64,000 nt of DNA, from IMG/VR virus record IMGVR_UViG_2595698834_000001, positions 64,001 to 128,000 of that record. One strand, 5' to 3'. Source of the stretch: a virus (lineage: Duplodnaviria > Caudoviricetes). A program made the position numbers and the translations under genes. The notes beneath the pieces are model-generated. The model saw nothing but the letters and a program-made list of their open reading frames with translations. It was not told the DNA's origin and searched no databases. Positions within the stretch are counted from its first letter, which is position 1; each line of letters starts with the position of its first letter. Positions 48,020 through 56,983 of the stretch are shown in pieces.

Positions 48020-48892
48020 TTAGATGAGTCCTACATTTGTTCCGTAGTAAGACTTCAGTCCTGTATATAGTTTTCCTATGTCTTCATTGAGCTGAACGAT
48101 ATCGGCAGAAGCTCCTCCATACATCGCACTCTGTGTAGTGTCAATGCTTTGTGTGATGCCGTCGATACCGATAGACATGTTGGCAATACCTGCACCGATA
48201 ATAAGCCTACCCCATTGCTCGAATACTTCTTTGAGTGCCAGCTTAATAATCATGTTCCATAAGTCAGGGTGCATTTCATTAGGTGCTGTTACTCCTCTTC
48301 TTGAAGGCGGTAACATACCTCCTACGTACTCTACATGGAACATTTGAGGGGCAAAGTTTTTCCCGCTTGCAGGTAGTCCGGATAGTACGGGCATGTTTCC
48401 CTGATAGGCTTGTGAAAGAGATAATCCGTCGCTTCCTCCGGACAGCAGTGTGTTCGGCATTATCTGGAGGTGTCCGGGGAGGTTGTAAACTTTCCACCAT
48501 CGAGTCGGATATCTATACAGCGTCCCTGTTCCGTATTCAAGCGTGATCTTCTCTACTTGCAGTACTGGTTTATGGAACGTGTGTATGAAAGCGTAGCTGT
48601 TGTAATCATTACTATAGAAGTCATGATGCTCTGTAAGAGCTCTAGGAAGGATTACGATGTCTAGCATCTTTTCAGCTTGCGATACGGCAGCTTCAATTTT
48701 TGACTCATAAAAGGCGTCCGGAAGGTATTCACCAGTCCTCGGGTCAGTTACAGATACACCGAAGTGGTTGAGTTTGACAGCGTCTACTGTAAGTCCGTAG
48801 TCGCTCAGTGTATACTTGTCTACATCTTCGATGTTAATGTTCTTAGGGTTATTGTGTCCGTACGGGGAACCTGCTTCTTCATTTGTAAACAC
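48020..48892 (-). CDS. head-tail adaptor/connector protein
   Basis: GRLIIGAGIA...IDG..QSIDTTQSAMYGGASA motif; follows capsid. Confidence 0.78.
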   Translation of the reverse strand: MFTNEEAGSPYGHNNPKNINIEDVDKYTLSDYGLTVDAVKLNHFGVSVTDPRTGEYLPDAFYESKIEAAVSQAEKMLDIVILPRALTEHHDFYSNDYNSYAFIHTFHKPVLQVEKITLEYGTGTLYRYPTRWWKVYNLPGHLQIMPNTLLSGGSDGLSLSQAYQGNMPVLSGLPASGKNFAPQMFHVEYVGGMLPPSRRGVTAPNEMHPDLWNMIIKLALKEVFEQWGRLIIGAGIANMSIGIDGITQSIDTTQSAMYGGASADIVQLNEDIGKLYTGLKSYYGTNVGLI

Positions 48893-48915
48893 TATCGTAA
48901 CCCTCCTTATCTCCC

Positions 48916-49161
48916 TTATTTCTTGTTAGTCTCTTTTTTACTAGTAGATTTCTTTGTTTTCTTTTCTTCTTTAGGCTCCTCTTTCTTGTCCTCTTTAACA
49001 TTTTGTGTCTTTTCTTCAACTACAATATATCCTGCTAATCCGTCAAAAGCTTTCTCTTGTTCCACCTTTAGGTCGTTGCATTCTCCTTTTTCGTTAAATG
49101 AAAGTTCTCCGAATGAAGAAGCTACCTTTAAACCTGCCAGTCTACTGTTAATTAATGTCAT
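48916..49161 (-). CDS. small virion-associated protein
   Basis: 81 aa, Lys/Glu-rich tail, AGGAG SD. Confidence 0.7.
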   Translation of the reverse strand: MTLINSRLAGLKVASSFGELSFNEKGECNDLKVEQEKAFDGLAGYIVVEEKTQNVKEDKKEEPKEEKKTKKSTSKKETNKK

Positions 49162-49182
49162 AGTTTTCCTCTCCTTTTAAAT

Positions 49183-49213
49183 AAAAAGGGAGCAGATTTT
49201 CTGTCTGCTCCCT
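49183..49213 (-). terminator. intrinsic terminator after major capsid gene
   Basis: GGGAGCAGACAGAAAATCTGCTCCC plus T-run. Confidence 0.85.
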
Positions 49214-49242
49214 ATGAATTTTTCTATTTAGTTATTTTCTGC

Positions 49243-50667
49243 TTATTGCGTGATTGAAGTCTCAGCCGCTAGTGCAGGAATGTAACGAACGTTCTTGATA
49301 CGAACCCATTTCTTAGGAGCGTAAAGTGCAAGAGCTCCGTACCATAACACAGTGAACGTGTTTGTAGCGTTCATTTGTGCAAGAGGTAACTTCATCATTG
49401 GAAGCAGTTGAAGTAAGCTGATAACGTTCGGGCTCATCTCGCCAATGAATACGTCAGTTGTTTCAGGAATAACTTCGTTTGTATCAGTGAAGACGATTTG
49501 GTTGCTTTCGTTCACTTTAGAATATGGTACACGAGCGATTTGGAAGTAGTGACCAGTCTCTGCACCTTGACGGTAGATTGTAACAAATTGAGGAGCTGCT
49601 TGGTACATTGGTTGTAGTGTAATCTTAAGCTCTACTGCGTCTGTGTTGTTTGTAATTGTAGCTGCTACTGCTTCTGAAGATGGTGACTCTGCGCTTTCAG
49701 CGTTAACAACAACTTTGTAAGACAAGACGTTCTCTTTGTCTTTGTTGAATTTACCTTTAGCATTTGTTTTAACAGTTGCTGCCACTGCTTGAGCTGGAAG
49801 TGGAGCGTTTTGCTCAGGCATACGATTTTCGATAAGAACGTTGTCGTTCTCCATGATTGTAGAACCATGTAAGCGGATGTTTCCACGGCTTGACATAAAC
49901 TCAGTTACTGCGAAACCAGTAGACATACCGCCCGCACCTGATGGCATAAGTGCTCTTTGACGATCTAGTAAGCTGTTAGTGAAGTCAGCTTGTACTCCAA
50001 TAGGCATGAACGCATCTGTAGCGATTCCGTAACCTTTACCAACAACAACTGCTGCTTTGTTAAGAACCTGCTCAGTAAGCCCCTCGCCACGAAGGTCAAG
50101 AACGTTAGTTTTTTGATCAATAAGCTTATGTAATCCGTCGAACTCAAGACCAGCTTGATCGTTTGTTGGGTCATTAGATAGAGAAGCATCTCCGTAGAAT
50201 GTAGCCCACTCGATAGTCTTAGCAAGAACTGAAACTGCATCCTGTGTTAAGAAAGTCATTGGATCAGCAACGTTACGAACTAATCCAGCTGCAAGAGATT
50301 GTTGTTTAGTATCAGATAAGAATTTCATCTGTACGGTCTTTTGACGTAGGCTTGGAGAGTTGATTGGTGCTACTCCTACCTCACGTACGAATCGGCTTGA
50401 GCCAGTACGTCCATGTTGGTTAAAGATTGGGTACTGGTATACAGTACTTGTTACTTGAGATTTGTTCAACATTGGGTAAATCGTAAAGTCATCGTTACCC
50501 CAAGTTAGTACGTGTACCTCATCGTCGAGTAGTTCGTATCGTAGAGCCGCTGCGTCATGTTGATCTTCTGAGTTAATTGCGTAACCAGTCGTGAATGTCT
50601 TTAAAAGGAAATCTTCAGCTTCTTTTGGTAAGCTTACTTGTCCTTTTTGGAATTTTGATTCGCTCAT
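49243..50667 (-). CDS. major capsid protein precursor
   Basis: LK|TFTTGY processing-type motif, AAALRYE.LD, GLEFDGL, VLWYGALALYAPKKW; Herelleviridae-type. Confidence 0.95.
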   Translation of the reverse strand: MSESKFQKGQVSLPKEAEDFLLKTFTTGYAINSEDQHDAAALRYELLDDEVHVLTWGNDDFTIYPMLNKSQVTSTVYQYPIFNQHGRTGSSRFVREVGVAPINSPSLRQKTVQMKFLSDTKQQSLAAGLVRNVADPMTFLTQDAVSVLAKTIEWATFYGDASLSNDPTNDQAGLEFDGLHKLIDQKTNVLDLRGEGLTEQVLNKAAVVVGKGYGIATDAFMPIGVQADFTNSLLDRQRALMPSGAGGMSTGFAVTEFMSSRGNIRLHGSTIMENDNVLIENRMPEQNAPLPAQAVAATVKTNAKGKFNKDKENVLSYKVVVNAESAESPSSEAVAATITNNTDAVELKITLQPMYQAAPQFVTIYRQGAETGHYFQIARVPYSKVNESNQIVFTDTNEVIPETTDVFIGEMSPNVISLLQLLPMMKLPLAQMNATNTFTVLWYGALALYAPKKWVRIKNVRYIPALAAETSITQ

Positions 50668-50796
50668 TTATGTATCTTCCCTTCTAATTGTATGTATAAT
50701 TTTTAGAAAATTCTGATAAAGGAGACTAGAGAATTAGGAGGAAGGAACTCTCTAGTCAAAACCCTTTAAGGTGTTCTGCTAATAATATAACACTTG

Positions 50797-51756
50797 TTAC
50801 TGGTTTTTCTGGTCTTTTACGATTTCTTTGAAAACTTCAATGTCATGCTGCGTAGGAGTACCTCGTTTTACCCGAGACATTGCTTGGAAAACAGTGTTTC
50901 TGTCTCCTGCACTAATAGTCTTAGCGTGCTTATCACAGTAGGCAATAACGTCCCCAATATGTTTACTTGGGTCAAAGGCTTCTTCTTTAGGCTCTTCTGC
51001 TACTTCTTCTTGAGCTTCTGATTCCGCAGGGTCTTCAGTTGAAACTTCAGGTGCACCAGCTGCTCCATCAATAACTGATTTTGTAACATACTCGGCAGCT
51101 TTGCCTTCCGGAATCTCTTCTTCGGATTTGACCACGACTTCTTCCTCACTAGAGAAGGAGATGTTTGTGTCGTTAAAGACAACAGCATCTTTAGGTTGGC
51201 TAACAGCTTCAAGAACTGCTTCAAGAGTCTTTTTCATACTCTCTACTTCCTTAGCTAGTTCGGAATGGGATGTGTGAACCTTTCCATAGGATTTAACAAC
51301 AGATTCAAAGACTTGAACGACATCCTCGGTTACTGCGAGTTCATAAGCGCTCTTTTTAACAGACTCTTCGTCCTCTTCTTTTGCTTCTTCTTTTTCTTTT
51401 GCTTTGTCTTTCTTCTTTGCTTTGTCTTCTTTCTTGTCTTTCTTTGCAGGTTTGTCTTTTTTCTCTTCTGCTTCTTCGTCTTTCGACTTTTCCACAGTTT
51501 CAGCCTCTTCGGATTCTTCAGCAACTGCTTTAGCTTCTTCTGCCTCTTCCTCTTTAGCCTCTTCGACAACATCGGATTTTTCTTCTTCTTTTACTTCTTC
51601 CGCTTTCTCTTGCTCTTTTGCTTCTTCTTTCTCTTCAGCGGCGTCAGCTTTTTCAACATCTTCTTTAACTTCAGCTTCATCGCTTTTCTCGACTGGCTGT
51701 TCTACAGCTTCATCTAACTCTTCAGCGATCTGCTTAAGTGATAAATTTTTACCCAT
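50797..51756 (-). CDS. acidic scaffold-like head protein
   Basis: Glu/Lys-rich low-complexity protein between protease and capsid, with many (E/V/K)KS sites. Confidence 0.75.
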   Translation of the reverse strand: MGKNLSLKQIAEELDEAVEQPVEKSDEAEVKEDVEKADAAEEKEEAKEQEKAEEVKEEEKSDVVEEAKEEEAEEAKAVAEESEEAETVEKSKDEEAEEKKDKPAKKDKKEDKAKKKDKAKEKEEAKEEDEESVKKSAYELAVTEDVVQVFESVVKSYGKVHTSHSELAKEVESMKKTLEAVLEAVSQPKDAVVFNDTNISFSSEEEVVVKSEEEIPEGKAAEYVTKSVIDGAAGAPEVSTEDPAESEAQEEVAEEPKEEAFDPSKHIGDVIAYCDKHAKTISAGDRNTVFQAMSRVKRGTPTQHDIEVFKEIVKDQKNQ

Positions 51757-51760
51757 TTGT

Positions 51761-52552
51761 CTACTCCTCTCTTGATCTTAAAATTTGATCTACTTTCTTA
51801 ATAGCTTCTGTTCTCGACATACCTTTTGCGAGCTGTAAGAAAACAACAGCGCTTTCCGGGGATGTCCGTCCCATAGCATCTAGGTAACTACCAACATCTT
51901 TCCACATAGTCTCAAAGTCCTTTTTGTTTTCAAAATGCTTATATGACTGAGCTAGGTTATGTATACTGCGCCCGAAAGACTCAACTCTAAGGGCAGCGGC
52001 GTCTACCTGTTTATCAGGGTTTATTTCGTACCCTGTTACAAAGCTCTTTGCGAAAGCTTCCCAACTAGTTTGAGGATTAGCCGGGTTTGTAGTGACAGCA
52101 ACGTTCGTGATCATACACTCTCGAATAATTCGTCTGTCATGTTCATCCCGCTTTTTAACGAATCCTTCAATAGAGAATCCTAGTGGGCGGTGAATACCGG
52201 ACTTCTTAACTTCTTGAGCATGGTTCCACATTTCCGCTGCGTACGGGTTTCCTTTATAGAGCTTTCCTTCTATATGAAGTCCAACGTCATCCACGTAGCA
52301 GTTTTCGGTAGGTACTCCGATGATGAAATCCTTACCTCTATGATGCTCGTAGTTCAAGTAGCCTTGCTCTATAAAATAACTAATGGATAGTCCTTTAGGG
52401 TCAACTATGTCATCCTGTAAATCAAGATCAGGAGTAGTAGCGTAGCCTTTCAGGTACCATGATTTTTCTTGAGGGTTAGCGGAGTTTTTCTTGACCGTTT
52501 CTTCTAGGTCGATAGGAACAAAAACATCTACCTTTTTACTAAGAGCTTCCAA
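51761..52552 (-). CDS. prohead (capsid maturation) protease
   Basis: GYATTPDLDLQDD, NYEH, GFSIEG, VAVTTNPAN motifs of HK97-type proteases. Confidence 0.9.
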   Translation of the reverse strand: MEALSKKVDVFVPIDLEETVKKNSANPQEKSWYLKGYATTPDLDLQDDIVDPKGLSISYFIEQGYLNYEHHRGKDFIIGVPTENCYVDDVGLHIEGKLYKGNPYAAEMWNHAQEVKKSGIHRPLGFSIEGFVKKRDEHDRRIIRECMITNVAVTTNPANPQTSWEAFAKSFVTGYEINPDKQVDAAALRVESFGRSIHNLAQSYKHFENKKDFETMWKDVGSYLDAMGRTSPESAVVFLQLAKGMSRTEAIKKVDQILRSREE

Positions 52553-52668
52553 GGGCTTTCCTCCCTTCTATCATAACATAGTTTAATGTTTTACCCTTCG
52601 TTACATAAATGTTACTGTCCATAATATAGCAGATACACTATCTAGTTACGGAAAACAGAGACTGGGAG

Positions 52669-54327
52669 TTATGCTTCCCAGTCGTTTACTACATTTCCGT
52701 TATCATCTTTTCCGCCTTGCGGTGTTGAGTTTGTATTAGCCTGCTGTTTTGATTGACCATCTTTTCCTACGTTTTGGTTGAACGAGTCTTTACCATTAAC
52801 ATTGTCCATGTTTCCATCATAGCCTGTTTGCTGTGCTAAGAATTGATTGGCGTCCATTTGACGTTGGTACTCGACTTGTTCTTGCTGCATAATCTGACCT
52901 AGTCGCTGTACATGTACGCCTGCAAGTGTAACATCTCCGCCCTCAGTATCAGGGTATCCAAGCTCTTTACGAATATCATTGATTGTAAGACCGATCTTAG
53001 CTTTAGACTCTAGGATAGAGATGATTTCAGCCTCTGTCTTGGCATCCCCGCCCACGAAGTTGAATACGTAGTCTCCACCAAACTGGGAAACGATATATTT
53101 GTTTACTGCGTCTTCGATAAACTTTAAAAGAGGTTCTAATCCTTTATCCTTAGAGTTTCGATACTTCTCTGCACTACTTCCTTCATTCAGCGTGTTACCC
53201 GAATGACCTGTTGCTCCTCCTCTATTCGGGAAGTTAATTTCTGAGGGGTCAATAGAATAAATGGAACAGATAACGTTGATCAAGTAGTTTAGCCACTTCT
53301 CGAACTCCATATCTTTCGACGACTGTGTCATGTTGACAAACTTAACGTCTTCTGCTGTAATAACGGGTATCTTCCAAGCTCCGTTTATTCCACTGAACAT
53401 TGAAGTCCATTCTCTTCTGAACGAGGTGAGCGCTTGGTTAGATTGTTCTTGTCCTGTTTTAATATGTAGCAGTCCTCGAGTTGTCCCGCCTTGAGCGAAG
53501 AACCTAGCGTTAAACACCTCGGTGTTGTCGTGATACTGTAAGTGGTTTAAAGCGATCTCTAGTTCAGGGTATCCGTACTTACCAACTGTTAGGTCTGTTC
53601 GAGGGTTACTTACTTCCCAAGCCATTTCTTTTGCCTTAAACTTAGCAACCACTTTGTCGTCTATGACTTGCACATATCGAACACCATCTTTGGCTTTTCG
53701 TTCCTTACCGTCTTCATCTACTGCGACATATACCGTAGAGGCGTCCACAGCTTTAAAGTTATGTAAATCACCAAGTTTGTCATATACTAGCTCGAAGTTT
53801 ATCTTGTCATATGTAAGTCTGTCTCTAACGAGCTTCTTAACGAATGATCTAAAGTTATCACGAGTGAAATCGTTATCTATTCGTCCAGTCTTCTCGATAA
53901 AGTTCTCAATTTCCTTAATCTTCTTCTTATTATGGTCATTAGGTTCTTGCAGAGGGTCTTTTAACCTAATCTCATACCCTACGCCTTTATCACTGTTACG
54001 AGCGGGTGTACAGAACATAGAAACTTGGTTTACCCTAGTTATGATAATTGCGTTGAGGATGATATTCTTCCTCGACCATAGCTTGAGCATCTGAAGGAGG
54101 TTTTGCTTCCCGTGTATAGAAGGAGCTTCTTTGAAGTCCGGGTTCATTGACATACTACCAATGATCGGCTCCTCGTACGCCTTTGGCTTGTTTGACTTCG
54201 TATTCTTTCCTTTTTTTAGGATTGCATCTTCCTCTATCTGCTTGATTCGGACAGCCATGTCATCGTTAATGTCTATAATATTGTCCTGCTGTTTTCTGCC
54301 TTTAAAAAATCCGTCTAGCAAACCCAT
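52669..54327 (-). CDS. portal protein
   Basis: RNPR-like SNPRTD..YGYPELE, RFFAQGGTTRG, DMEFEKWLNYLIN, IDPSEINF motifs. Confidence 0.93.
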   Translation of the reverse strand: MGLLDGFFKGRKQQDNIIDINDDMAVRIKQIEEDAILKKGKNTKSNKPKAYEEPIIGSMSMNPDFKEAPSIHGKQNLLQMLKLWSRKNIILNAIIITRVNQVSMFCTPARNSDKGVGYEIRLKDPLQEPNDHNKKKIKEIENFIEKTGRIDNDFTRDNFRSFVKKLVRDRLTYDKINFELVYDKLGDLHNFKAVDASTVYVAVDEDGKERKAKDGVRYVQVIDDKVVAKFKAKEMAWEVSNPRTDLTVGKYGYPELEIALNHLQYHDNTEVFNARFFAQGGTTRGLLHIKTGQEQSNQALTSFRREWTSMFSGINGAWKIPVITAEDVKFVNMTQSSKDMEFEKWLNYLINVICSIYSIDPSEINFPNRGGATGHSGNTLNEGSSAEKYRNSKDKGLEPLLKFIEDAVNKYIVSQFGGDYVFNFVGGDAKTEAEIISILESKAKIGLTINDIRKELGYPDTEGGDVTLAGVHVQRLGQIMQQEQVEYQRQMDANQFLAQQTGYDGNMDNVNGKDSFNQNVGKDGQSKQQANTNSTPQGGKDDNGNVVNDWEA

Positions 54328-54351
54328 GCGTTTATCACATCCAATCTTCCT

Positions 54352-54615
54352 TTACTTGTACTTGTGTTTAAAAACTTTGCGACTGCTTAGAACTGTTTGA
54401 TAGTCCTTTTCTACATCCTCTCCGTCCGAGTCTGTAAGTAGTACTGTATTGTCATTAAGAGCTGTTTGTATCTCAAACATCTCTCCGTTTAATACTGCGT
54501 AAACAGTAACATCTTCGCCTTGAATATGATGATAGTAGGATACTACTTCAATCCAGTCAAGGTGACCTACAGCCCGTTTAGCTTCCATCCATTTTTTATC
54601 TTGGCTAAATTTCAT
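54352..54615 (-). CDS. small conserved protein upstream of portal (start revised to MKFSQDKKW)
   Basis: AAGGAGG SD before ATG 54615; late box at 54632-54641. Confidence 0.7.
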   Translation of the reverse strand: MKFSQDKKWMEAKRAVGHLDWIEVVSYYHHIQGEDVTVYAVLNGEMFEIQTALNDNTVLLTDSDGEDVEKDYQTVLSSRKVFKHKYK

Positions 54616-54748
54616 AACATCCTCCTTAATATAATATAAGACTAAGGTGCCTCTATTTACAATTATATCATACACAGGTACTTACGCTTGCTTACCTTAA
54701 AAAGAGAATAGAAAAACCACACCATAGGGGTGTGGTTTGTAGTAGTTA

Positions 54749-54871
54749 TTAACTTCGGCTAGCTACAGCGTGCTTATCTAAGTCCCACGCACCTGTCATA
54801 TGGAAACCTGCTTGTTTAAATCCTAGTCCCATTCCTCCCGCACCACAAAAGAAATCATTTACTTTAAGCAT
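54749..54871 (-). pseudogene. truncated DNA (cytosine-5) methyltransferase remnant (40 aa)
   Basis: MLKVNDFFCGAGGMGLGFKQAGFHMTGAWDLDKHAVASRS*: SAM-binding motif I (FxGxGG) and motif II only; SD AGAGGT; terminator follows at about 54712-54738. Confidence 0.8.
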
Positions 54872-54889
54872 CCAGTTACCTCTATTTTG

Positions 54890-55264
54890 TCATTCACTTG
54901 GAAGTCTCCCTTCCTCAAACAGCATTTTAGCTGCACTATTGCCTAGCTCATACGCCGACACTCGCAAGTCCAATTCAGTCGTACGGCTAGCTTGGTCTGC
55001 TGCCGATTGGTCATAAAAGAGTGCAGACCGCCCATAGTCTAAAATTGACGATCCTTTATACCCTCCAATAACAAAACCGAACATTTCACAGGCTTCTATA
55101 ACTGCTTCACTGTTATTTTCTTGTTCATTCTTAAGCTTTGCTAAACTTGCTGCTGTTTCTTCCAGTTCCTTCTCGAGTCTAGCAATGTCACGATCTAGCT
55201 GACCTTCTCTGACGTTGTGAATGTGCTTCATGGTTTTAAATACCGTATCTTTCAGATAGTCCAT
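54890..55264 (-). CDS. hypothetical coiled-coil protein
   Basis: 124 aa, AAAGGAGG SD. Confidence 0.72.
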   Translation of the reverse strand: MDYLKDTVFKTMKHIHNVREGQLDRDIARLEKELEETAASLAKLKNEQENNSEAVIEACEMFGFVIGGYKGSSILDYGRSALFYDQSAADQASRTTELDLRVSAYELGNSAAKMLFEEGRLPSE

Positions 55265-55286
55265 TTCGTATTCCTCCTTTTTTTGA

Positions 55287-55359
55287 TGGGTCCCAAGGGA
55301 TTCGAACCCCCTCTCTTACCAGTTATGAGCTGGCAGCTTTACCACTAAGCTAGAGACCC
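55287..55359 (-). tRNA. tRNA with CAT anticodon (elongator Met or Ile2)
   Basis: Full cloverleaf GGGTCTC...CTCATAA...GGTTCGAATCC...GGGACCCA; paired 1:72, so not initiator; no encoded CCA. Confidence 0.9.
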
Positions 55360-55532
55360 ATAAGTTAGTGTAGGGTCAAACCGGCAACCACCCTACCTGT
55401 ATTCAGCTCTCTTACCTGAGACCCGAGGGTACCACTCGGCAGGTAAAATTACCTCTACGGTTTTATTTCATTCGGTTTTTAAAAGTACTCTCGGGGGTCC
55501 GCATTGGCAAGAGGCGTGAGAGCTTCTATGAC

Positions 55533-55808
55533 GTAGAAGAGGAAGAAAAAATTCATTATATCTTGTAGTTGCTACATTCCATAGCCCAACGTGCGGTGAA
55601 CCGGATTATTTGTACGTCGTCCGTCGTTAATCGTATACCCGTTTCCCATTGTCACCAATATTGGATTGTTAGTAATGTCCCTATTTGAAAGGTTAAATAG
55701 TTGAGATATGCTCTCAACAAAAGCAGGTTTTCCTCTTCTACTGCTGGTTTGCACCAGCTATCAAGGTAGAGATTGTCTACCCTCATAGCTAAGGCAAATG
55801 CCTAGCTG
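55533..55808 (-). ncRNA. putative structured ncRNA immediately 3' of DIP1984-like gene
   Basis: Three 5' hairpins (one with GCAA tetraloop), perfect 12-bp closing stem 55730-55741/55533-55544, internal hairpins and a 7-8-nt periodic tract at 55601-55680. Confidence 0.65.
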
Positions 55809-55809
55809 C

Positions 55810-56331
55810 TTACATGTACTTATCAGCGTTTCCAAAAGAGATGTAGTGAGTATGGTTTGCTCTTTCAATGGCGTTAGAAAGTGAGTTAGCAAACTTCTCT
55901 AGTTCCTCTCCTTGAGATTTGAGCGACTTAGGATCGAACTGGGCGTACTTGTATTCTACTTCTGAGGAGTTGTAACTTGGTAAACGTTCAGTTTTCTTAG
56001 CTTGACCATAACGTTTCAGAAGAGAAGCTTCTGCTCTCAGTTGCTTAGCTAACTCCAAAGCTTCAACAATTGTGTAAACTGTACCTGTTGCAGTTTCGAC
56101 AGTCGATCCTGAATTGGCTGCTGCGATCTTTAAAGAGATTTTTCTGTAGTCATTCCGAACATTATTTAGCTCTTCTGTGACTTCTTCGAATGTTCTCTCA
56201 GGTTTTTCGTACTCTTCACCTTTCTGAGCTGTTACGAATGCGATATCTTCACGTTCACGTACCAGTTCATGAAGTTTACGAGAGATGGCATTCTTTAATG
56301 GTAATGCCTCAAACAAATAAACTTTTGTCAT
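55810..56331 (-). CDS. DIP1984/DUF6847-like helical protein
   Basis: L.EAL.L...I...L..L N-terminus, I..AN, TI.EAL, C-terminal FD.........L.......L...I...N pattern; family call by recognition only. Confidence 0.7.
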   Translation of the reverse strand: MTKVYLFEALPLKNAISRKLHELVREREDIAFVTAQKGEEYEKPERTFEEVTEELNNVRNDYRKISLKIAAANSGSTVETATGTVYTIVEALELAKQLRAEASLLKRYGQAKKTERLPSYNSSEVEYKYAQFDPKSLKSQGEELEKFANSLSNAIERANHTHYISFGNADKYM

Positions 56332-56364
56332 ATTTATCGTCTCCTTTAATTTGACTGTAACTAC

Positions 56365-56394
56365 ACTATAGCATATAGCATGTTATACTGTCAA
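56365..56394 (-). promoter_or_regulatory. sigma-A-type promoter of DIP1984-like gene
   Basis: TTGACA-18 nt-TATAGT with TG extension, followed by GTAGTTACAGTC. Confidence 0.78.
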
Positions 56395-56403
56395 CAGTTT
56401 TTT

Positions 56404-56700
56404 CTATACTCTGTAAATAATATCTCTTCGTTTAACTTCTTCACCGCTGTTAACTCTTTTAATGAGTTTTTCGTACTTTCTAACTTTTTCTTCATATGCC
56501 TTAATCCTCTGTCTCAGCTCTCCGTCTAGGTATTCTATTAGTCTTTGTGCACCAATCTCAGAAATACCTCTCTTTGTCACATCTCTTAAAATCTCCGATT
56601 CTGCTATCTTGCACTTTTCTAGTTGATACTGAGCTATTTCTAAAATTTCCTGAAGACTTTCGATAGACACGACTGTGCCTAATAAATCATAGTTAGCCAT
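56404..56700 (-). CDS. hypothetical protein
   Basis: 98 aa, AGGAG SD; own promoter TTTACA-18-TATAGT at 56747-56776. Confidence 0.7.
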   Translation of the reverse strand: MANYDLLGTVVSIESLQEILEIAQYQLEKCKIAESEILRDVTKRGISEIGAQRLIEYLDGELRQRIKAYEEKVRKYEKLIKRVNSGEEVKRRDIIYRV

Positions 56701-56903
56701 GGTTAACCATCTCCTGCCGTTTTATCAGTATGTTTACTGTAACTACACTATATCATACAACATCTTACATTGTAAACACTATTTATATAAAATAAAAAGG
56801 GTCAGACGCATCCGACCCTAGTAAGTATATGCCGAAGCAATATACCGCAATTAATTTTATTATATCATATTAAACCACTAGGATATACTCTCCATGGTAT
56901 TAC

Positions 56904-56975
56904 TGGTTGGTCTAAGGGAGTTGAACCCGTACCTGTCTGGCGAAAACAGACTGTTCTATCATTAAACTAAGACCA
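56904..56975 (-). tRNA. degenerate tRNA (TTC anticodon, Glu-like), probable pseudo-tRNA
   Basis: D arm, GTCTG/CAGAC anticodon stem, GGTTCAACTCC, terminal CCA; acceptor stem only 6 bp and T stem mismatched. Confidence 0.55.
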
Positions 56976-56983
56976 CACGAAAA

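Noticed and set aside
51265-51775. Phe-rich and Ser-rich plus-strand ORFs (150 and 123 aa)
   Set aside because: Antisense shadows of the Glu/Lys-rich scaffold gene.
55601-55680. Periodic tract considered as a CRISPR or mini-array
   Set aside because: Units are 7-8 nt with only a 3-nt conserved register; no repeat-spacer structure and no cas genes. No CRISPR array is seen anywhere in the window.
55572-55754. 60-aa minus-strand ORF inside the structured RNA
   Set aside because: GTG start buried in a GNRA hairpin, no SD; better explained as non-coding, although translation is not formally excluded.
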